The translations under genes were made by a program, and so were the position numbers. A DNA stretch of 32,631 nt, from assembly GCA_024626585.2 (NCBI GenBank), contig JANKJI020000004.1:30126112-30158742 (forward strand). Reading direction: 5' to 3'. Below the pieces are notes generated by a model that saw nothing but the letters and a program-made list of their open reading frames with translations, did not search any database and had not been told where the DNA came from. The number at the start of each line of letters is the position of its first letter. Within the stretch, counting starts at the first letter, position 1. Of this stretch, positions 14,101-23,100 are shown one piece after another. Origin of the DNA: Ginkgo biloba. Taxonomy: Eukaryota > Plantae > Ginkgophyta.

Positions 14101-17100
14101 NNNNNNNNNNNNNNNNNNNNNNNNNNNNNNNNNNNNNNNNNNNNNNNNNNNNNNNNNNNNNNNNNNNNNNNNNNNNNNATATAGTCATGCTTTGCAATTT
14201 CTTTTTTTTTCTTTCCTGAGTTTTTCTTTTTACAAAAATATGGAAATCGTTGTTTTCTGCTAGGAAACATCCTGCAGGCATACCCAATCTGGGTACAAGC
14301 AGGGTACAATAGGGAAACATTTCCCACCCGTACTCGAGCTGTACCCAAGCCATATCCGCTCCTGAGACAGAGCGAGTACAGAATCGAGACTCCTAGGGGC
14401 ATTTTTTGGTAACTTAGTTGATAAGTGGTAGTTGATCTAAAGATTTCTTCAAACATTAGGGAAATCAACATATAGTGCCTAATTTAATGCCTCAAATTGT
14501 GGAGCAATTGGAAGAGAATGGACAAATGGCAACCACATATGCATGCATGCAAAAAGGCTTGGAGGGTTCTTAGTCATTATGTACCAACTTGTGTTCCTAG
14601 GTTTATTGATCCTTGCCAAAAGTTGTTGATTTTGGTTGTCAATTCACTATGTTTATGCTTGGTTCATTTTAATCACCCCTTCTACCTAAATCTATGGAAG
14701 CATAAACCTCATAACGTTGATGAATAGGACAATATTAATGATTTACTTTTCAAAGTCATGTTGTTGAAGTTCTCATGGATGAATCCATTCATGTGCGGAA
14801 TTATTATCATGTGGTTAGCATCTCATTCAGCTATTTACAATTTATTTGAATGGCTTGTTAAAGATGAATCCAAGTATGTCAAGGTAAAAACATTTTAAGT
14901 TAAGAAATGCACCATTGTCAACTCCCGTTCTATTTTATCAAGTCTAATTCCACAATCAAAACATTGCTTTCTTCCTTGATTGAAAGTGATTGATTTTACT
15001 TGACTTCTAATTCCACCTATCCACTTTCCCGCCTTTTCATTTGAATTTCAATAGCACCATCTTATTATGCTAACATCTATGTACATCTAAAGCTTAATGT
15101 TTGTATAATTCGGGGCTACTTCACTTCATATTGGAAGCCCCTCTCTTAGCACCAATTTAAGAAAGAGGAGTTGTCTACTACTAATATTTACAATAATGGT
15201 ACGAGAGGACACCCTTGCCTTATGCCTCTTGAAGTGGAACAAAACTTTGTTTGTCTGCTACTGATGATATTTTGATATTTTTATCGTCATTAACATTTTG
15301 CAAGACATTTCATAATCTCTTCTAATAGCCTCCTTTTGCTACTATGTTGGCTACAAAAAAGAATATATCATTCCACCCCATCATAAGCTTTGTGCATGTT
15401 GATTTTGAATATCATTCCTGAATCTTATATTTCTCTTTATGGTATGCATGGTCCCTTACATAAATGTGATATGATCAAAGATCTTGCAACCCTTGACAAA
15501 ACATGACCAATGCTACCATCTTGGGAATCACATTTTTACAATCTCCTAGTGATGATTTTGAACATGATTTATAAGCAATATGACATAGTGCTATTGACCC
15601 CATCCCTTGCACGCATCTAAACCTTTACCCTTGGCTACAAAGCAATGATTTTGAAGTTTAGTGATGGGTAAATGAGTCAATTTTGCTTAAGTCTCCATGA
15701 TCATGCCCAAGAGTTTGTGGTTTATTACTGAGAAGAAGCATTGGTACCATTCAATCGAAACTATCAAGTTTTTGGAGTTGGTGTTATTCCCTCGTTTGTA
15801 TCTAGGGGTAGAAGACCAATTGGTCCATCTTCACCATTCCAATTTGACAAGTTGATGGTAGAAATTAAATGTTGATTTTTATAATGTTAATCACTATGAG
15901 GAATGTTTAAGTCATAGTTTAATCTAAAATTAATGACAACATTAAAATTTGTTTCATATGGAAGAATTAATAACGATGAAAAATTGGTTAAGTGTTCATA
16001 AGGAAAGAGTTATCCTTCTCATAGGATAATGTTCAGTACAAAGATATGTTATGTTTTCATCATGGATAAAATTAATTATGCTTAGAAAAATAACATTTAT
16101 AAGAAAAGGAAATATTTGGAAGGAAAATAATGAAAAAAGATAGTCATGAGAAGTGCTAAGAGTTATGATGCAAAAAATTATTTTTTCTAAAGATTAAGGG
16201 TTGGATTTACTTTCTTGAAGGAAAATAGAACCACAAGAATGAACATGTTTTGAGAAAAAATCTAGAATGGATAAGTATTGGTTTATTGTGGAAGTGGGAA
16301 GATTTTATGAAGAAGCATAAAGGTTTTCTTATGAATGTTTTTGTTCTAAAAAAAGACAATAAAAACNNNNNNNNNNNNNNNNNNNNNNNNNNNNNNNNNN
16401 NNNNNNNNNNNNNNNNNNNNNNNNNNNNNNNNNNNNNNNNNNNNNNNNNNNNNNNNNNNNNNNNNNTATTTTTTTTTTTTTTTAACTCAATTCAAGGATA
16501 GAAAATTGAAGGCAAAGTTTCCAAACACAGGGCGAACTCCCTAGCAACTTTGAAAAAGAAGGGCAGAATGCTCAAAAGCTTCATATTTGCAGGGCGAACC
16601 TCTAGAATGTAGGATGAACTACCTCATAAACCTCTTAAAGGTGTGGCAAATTGCCTTATAGGTCTTGCAATTGATAATAACTACTCTCAAGGCTTTAGAA
16701 ATGTAGGGAGAAGTGGCAGAATGTCTCTAAATGCAAGTCGTAGCACACTTGATGCCCAACAAACACTAAAAAGGGGATTAGAGAATTGTAAACACAAGTA
16801 CACAATATCACCACCTTCACCAACTAATGAAAGTAAAGAGCAATCTTCATAGAGTGCCCTTAAAGAGGGAAAGGCTATACAAGTCTACAACCATGAAAAA
16901 GATGCCAAAGAATCTTATTGTCCTTGAAGTCCATTTGGAGTGGATAATAGAAGGATAACATCGTCTACATAAAGAAGAATGACAATAAAGATGTCGTGCA
17001 TGATGCTTCCATACTCAGCATTAGATGTATCTAATGCATATTCCTCTAGCTCACTTATTCGAAGTCCAAAAAATGCTTAAGAGAGGACAACCTAGACTAA

Positions 17101-20100
17101 AGTCTAATTTTACCACATATGCACTAGGAAAAGTCACGCAAGTGTAAACTCAACCCACAACACACTCACAAAGTGCCAATACTACCTAGATTATATTTTG
17201 CAAAAGTCCTAGAGAAGTAGTTTTTTCCAAAGATGTTGAGAGAGTGTTCAAGGCCTTTTAGAACTTAAGAAAGCAAAAATAGACCTTCAAGCACCAATGC
17301 CTAGATTCCTCAATAATAGCCCTGAGTGTAAAATACATCCCACAATATAGACCATTGCCCTCTTTTGAAAAGATCTCAATACCACGTTAACTTTCTTGTT
17401 TTGGCATGAACATGAGATACTATAAACCATAAATCAGAATTCATAAACACAGTAGAATAAATTAGATTTGAACCAGTTCAAAAACCATTAGTTATTCATT
17501 TGAGAAACATAGAATAAGAATAATTATTCAACATAATGAGCAACACATCTCACCATTCATGCACAAGATTACTGATCAATAAAACACTTTATTACCACTA
17601 AAAACAGTCATCAAATGCAGCCACATACTTGCTAAAAACATCTCTAAATTTTAGCAACAAACACACTTGTTTGGTAGTCCCAAATACATGCTAAAAGAAC
17701 CCACATATAAGCTATAATACAATTATCATTATAGTTGATATACCATACTAAACACTTTTGAAAACNNNNNNNNNNNNNNNNNNNNNNNNNNNNNNNNNNN
17801 NNNNNNNNNNNNNNNNNNNNNNNNNNNNNNNNNNNNNNNNNNNNNNNNNNNNNNNNNNNNNNNNNGCCTTCCTTTCCTTACCAACCAATCCACTCTCAGT
17901 TGAAATTAGATAGGGATGGGCAAGAATAGGTATCCGTGGTGCAAGCCCAATTCAAGCAAGCTGTCCCACAATAATTGTTCATGACATTGTACGGATTTCA
18001 AAAAGAAAATTGCCATCATCTTCATCTTCAGTTTTGATCGAAAAAGACACATTTGAAATCAGTATTCCCTTAACTCGAGTTTCTCTCATATTTTTGCTAT
18101 CAGTCGTATTCTGCTGCAGACATGATTTGTAGAACTAAATTTGTTGCACATGTTGAGCATCTATCGTCAGTGTTTTAGTGAAGGCATATGGCTGCAAGTA
18201 ATTTGGTCATAGCATGCCTTAGTGTGCTGCTTGTGCAGAATTAAAGAATTGTTCAGATGGTACTAGATTTGCTTCTCTTAAAACCAGCAGTTGCATTCAG
18301 AACTCTTATCTGATTATAGTAGAACCATACCAGTTTCAAACTTTGTTGTTCAATAAAAGAACTTTCAAAGTTTCAAACTTTGTTGTTCAATAAAATAACT
18401 TTCATATGGGGCGATTGACTGTAAAAAAGCAGCAGCAGAAATTATATATGGAACATCAGATGGCATCTTATGACTTGATCAGCACAGAGCAAACTGGCAG
18501 GATTCAATACCCGAAGGCACGTTTGAATATTGAAACTCAATTTACACCTTGGCCTCGTAGATGTCCACTGGCAGTCTTTACTCTTCGATCTGAATACAGT
18601 TATTAAAAACACTCACCTAGATGCTATGCTTACATTCTGAAATGCAAGTTGATGATATTGCAGCAGATTACAATTTTCAGCCTTTTTATGCCAGACTTCA
18701 AGACACCTTGGACAACAAGATCAAGGGGGCATGCCCACAGATGTTAGAATCAGAAGCACATGCTCATCGATATTGCAGCCATTAGTATGTTAAGTGTGTA
18801 TGCCTGATATTTTGTACACATGATAATTGGTTGCATGAATAGTCGATTGTGATAATTTATGTTCAGTTGCAGCAGTATAACATCCATTGCACTAGTATAA
18901 CATCTGTCACAACAGTATTGTGTGGGTCGCAATCAAAGTGTACATTGGTGTCTGTAATATTGTTGTCGGTCGCAATCGGAGTATACACTAGTCTCAATAG
19001 TTTTGATCATAGGTTGTTGCCTATAGGCTGTTTGTCACAAATAGATTACACATCAATTGTAGCACCAGGAACATGGTCGTTAGGCCAAGCAAATGGTTTA
19101 CTGATTAAGTAAATGCTAATTATTCTGTAGTTTAACAAAAAGATATGTTGTATTAACGAAGAAGTATAACTCTCAGGCTAGAAGGTTGCATCTCTTTGTC
19201 TCCTCCTCCTCCTGCTGCAATGTATTTATATGCTGCCATTTGAAGGCAAGATACCAATCCATCAATCAGAGTTCAGCATTATTATATAAATTGGGCTACA
19301 ACCTTTGACATTCCTTAAGGGTAGTTGGTGTAATGGTGAGAGCATTTCACCAACGTATCGCTGCTGTGTGTTAGGGATGTTCATTGCATGATATTTGTTC
19401 TTATTCCGTGAATGAACCATGTAAAGTAAACTCATTAAGCATGCAGTTATGACATGCTAGTAACACAGACAACTGTTAGCAAACACCGGTTCCGTTGCCA
19501 TTCCATCAAGCCTTTATGGGTAACACTTCTCAGGTTGATGTCACGTAGACCTAGCACGCTGGCCAAAGACTTTAGAACCATGGCTGTTGCAATTATAGCA
19601 GTTTCCTGCTAAATAGCCAGGATTGCCATGGGTTTTCAAATGACACATACGAAGCAACCAAAAAACTTATCGATCCCCAAACTCAGTAGAGAGGGCTGAG
19701 GGAGCAATTCCAACATGCAAAATAAATCGGTCCCTGCATGACAACCCAACAAGGGTGAAAGTTTGGAAGCTTGTCATCCTGTAAGGCACGAGAAGTAGCA
19801 CCGCGGAATCTCAGGAGGCACAATTGCCAAAACTAGGCTCCAACTCTGCATCATGACCTCAAAAAGGGAAGATGGCAGAGCCGACTTGAAAACTGAATAC
19901 AATCTGCGCATGGTAGATGAAGCAAAGAAAGAAATAAGCTCAGTATTTCATGTTAAGGTAGACAATTACAATTACATTCTAAATATTCCTTCTTGTTAAA
20001 TAGTGGCAAGCAAGATAGTAGTGATTTCAATTCTACATGCAGAAAGTTAACCTTTGGACCTATTATTAACAAACCCGCTGCTGCACACTTTACAGTATAG

Positions 20101-23100
20101 CATAATGCATTGTTTTTAACCATGGCAGACACTAATAGTGACCACAGTAGCAGCAATAATAACAACAATGGGAACCATAACAATAATGATAATAACAACA
20201 ATGATGGTTATAACAACAACAACCTAATAGCAACAACAAGAAGAATTGCAATGAATGTAACCAACAGNNNNNNNNNNNNNNNNNNNNNNNNNNNNNNNNN
20301 NNNNNNNNNNNNNNNNNNNNNNNNNNNNNNNNNNNNNNNNNNNNNNNNNNNNNNNNNNNNNNNNNNNNNNNNNNNNNNNNNNNNNNNNNNNNNNNNNNNN
20401 NNNNNNNNNNNNNNNNNNNNNNNNNNNNNNNNNNNNNNNNNNNNNNNNNNNNNNNNNNNNNNNNNNNNNNNNNNNNNNNNNNNNNNNNNNNNNNNNNNNN
20501 NNNNNNNNNNNNNNNNNNNNNNNNNNNNNNNNNNNNNNNNNNNNNNNNNNNNNNNNNNNNNNNNNNNNNNNNNNNNNNNNNNNNNNNNNNNNNNNNNNNN
20601 NNNNNNNNNNNNNNNNNNNNNNNNNNNNNNNNNNNNNNNNNNNNNNNNNNNNNNNNNNNNNNNNNNNNNNNNNNNNNNNNNNNNNNNNNNNNNNNNNNNN
20701 NNNNNNNNNNNNNNNNNNNNNNNNNNNNNNNNNNNNNNNNNNNNNNNNNNNNNNNNNNNNNNNNNNNNNNNNNNNNNNNNNNNNNNNNNNNNNNNNNNNN
20801 NNNNNNNNNNNNNNNNNNNNNNNNNNNNNNNNNNNNNNNNNNNNNNNNNNNNNNNNNNNNNNNNNNNNNNNNNNNNNNNNNNNNNNNNNNNNNNNNNNNN
20901 NNNNNNNNNNNNNNNNNNNNNNNNNNNNNNNNNNNNNNNNNNNNNNNNNNNNNNNNNNNNNNNNNNNNNNNNNNNNNNNNNNNNNNNNNNNNNNNNNNNN
21001 NNNNNNNNNNNNNNNNNNNNNNNNNNNNNNNNNNNNNNNNNNNNNNNNNNNNNNNNNNNNNNNNNNNNNNNNNNNNNNNNNNNNNNNNNNNNNNNNNNNN
21101 NNNNNNNNNNNNNNNNNNNNNNNNNNNNNNNNNNNNNNNNNNNNNNNNNNNNNNNNNNNNNNNNNNNNNNNNNNNNNNNNTTGGCACGTCATGTTTGGCT
21201 GGTGCTTCCATGGTTGTTGGAATATTTGCAACCCCAACTTTATTGGTTCTTGGTTCAGTGGGAGATGATGAAGTGGGGTCCTGGCTAGGGATCAGTTCTT
21301 TTGATACTTCCTATGGTAGAGGAGAAGCTAGAATGCATCGTTGGCAAACAGTTAGAAAGCACAAATAGAGCAGTGGTTCGATTATTGCAGCAAGCAAGAA
21401 TGCCCATTCCAAGTAATTTCAATATTGGGACAAAGTCCCTCCGTTGAAAATGGACCTAGTGTTGTACAATTTTGCAATCTTGGCAATTTTGAAAAATTTT
21501 CAAGGGAATAGTATAGTAATTGATGGCAGATTTGAAAATTTAACTACAATCAGGCATCTAACTTTGATCAGTAGCACTTGAATGAGGACACTCAAAGCTT
21601 GTGTCCAGAGAGTGTACACATGATAAAAGGTTACATGAAGAGTCAATTGCACCAACTTACCTTCGGTTGCAGTAGTATAACATCGATTCTAGCAATATAA
21701 CATCAGTTGCGGTATTATAACATCAGTCACAATAGTATTGTGTAGGTCACAGTCATAGTGTACATTGGTCGTCGTAATATTGTTGTTGCTCACAATCACA
21801 GTACTGAGTATACACTAGTCACAATACTTTTGATCAGCTGTTATTGCCTATAGCCCATTGGTTGCAAATAGAGTACACAAATTGTAGCACCAGGTACACA
21901 ATTGTTAGGTCGAGCAATCGGTTAAGTAATTGATTTAAGCAATTGTTAATTATTCTAAAATTTAATGAAAAGGCATGTTGTATTAATGAAGAAGTATGAC
22001 TCTTAGGCTACAATGTTGCATCTCTTTGGCAGCTTCTTCTTTTGCAATGTATTTATATGATTGACATTTGAAGGCAAGGATGCCAATCCATCAATTAATA
22101 AGAATTCAGCTATAGATGTCAACCTCTGACATTCATTGAGGATAGTTAATGTAATGGTGAGAGCATTACACCATTGTATCCCCAGTGTGTGTTAGGAGTC
22201 TTGATTGCATGATATTTGTTTCTATTCCATGAATGCATCATGTACGTTAAACTCATTAAGCATGCAACTATGATTTGCTAGTAACCCAGACAGCTAGTAG
22301 CAAACAGTGCCTACAAAAGAGGAAGAGGTAGATGTAACACAATGCCAAAAGCCTTTCTGAGTTCTCAGCAGCAACAATAGAGCTTTGTACAACAGTGATT
22401 GCCCAACCAAATACAATCCTAAGAATGTAAATACATGATCAAACATATGGATTTGGTGAAAATCCATTTTAGTAATTTAAAGTTTGACTAAAAGAATGTC
22501 CTACCATGATTGTTTGTTAATTTTCAGCACTAACCTACGACACGACTTGAATTTAGGATGTATAGTATGTAAGGTCCACAAAAGGGGAAGCTTGAATGCA
22601 CATCTTCATTAAACAAATTTGCTATAGTCAAAGCTATAGGGTCAAAATGATGCTTCGATAATATAAATTGTAGGCCATATATATCCTTAGCACTATTGGT
22701 TTGCAATTTAAGAGCGGTTTTATAGACAAGCCTTAGAATGATGTGGGTGAAGGGAGGATCATAATTGGTTACTAATGAGGTGTATCATTTGAACTAGAGG
22801 CACATGTAAACTAGGCTGTGAAATTTGAGATTTTCATAATGAATTTCTCTAGTGATAGCACTTGCAAAAATGACTGTTAAATTTATTAATGAATGAATAA
22901 GCTCAACTCTCCTTATAGATAAAATGACTTTTCACTTTCCTAAGAAGAAGAAAATACTTGCAATAGGTGATGTTTGATACCTCTAGATCGTAAACAATAT
23001 CTCATCAAGTTTCATTTGTAATTGATCACTATTTTCATCAACCCATTCCATTGAACACTGTCCAAAGATCAATGATGGATAGCATGGAGAAGAGATTGCT

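Noticed and set aside
13124-14471. Long ORFs of 360-446 aa in the track
   Set aside because: Artefacts of translating a ~1-kb N gap; the same applies to 20110-21288, 1249-1757 and other X-rich ORFs.
18860-18920. 20-bp and 18-bp repeats (also 21660-21735 and 30764-30870) as CRISPR-like arrays
   Set aside because: Head-to-tail degenerate units with no unique spacers, eukaryotic context and no cas genes.
19953-20267. Signal-peptide-like poly-Leu ORF (minus) and Asn-rich ORF (plus)
   Set aside because: Both are readouts of the AAC/AAT microsatellite.
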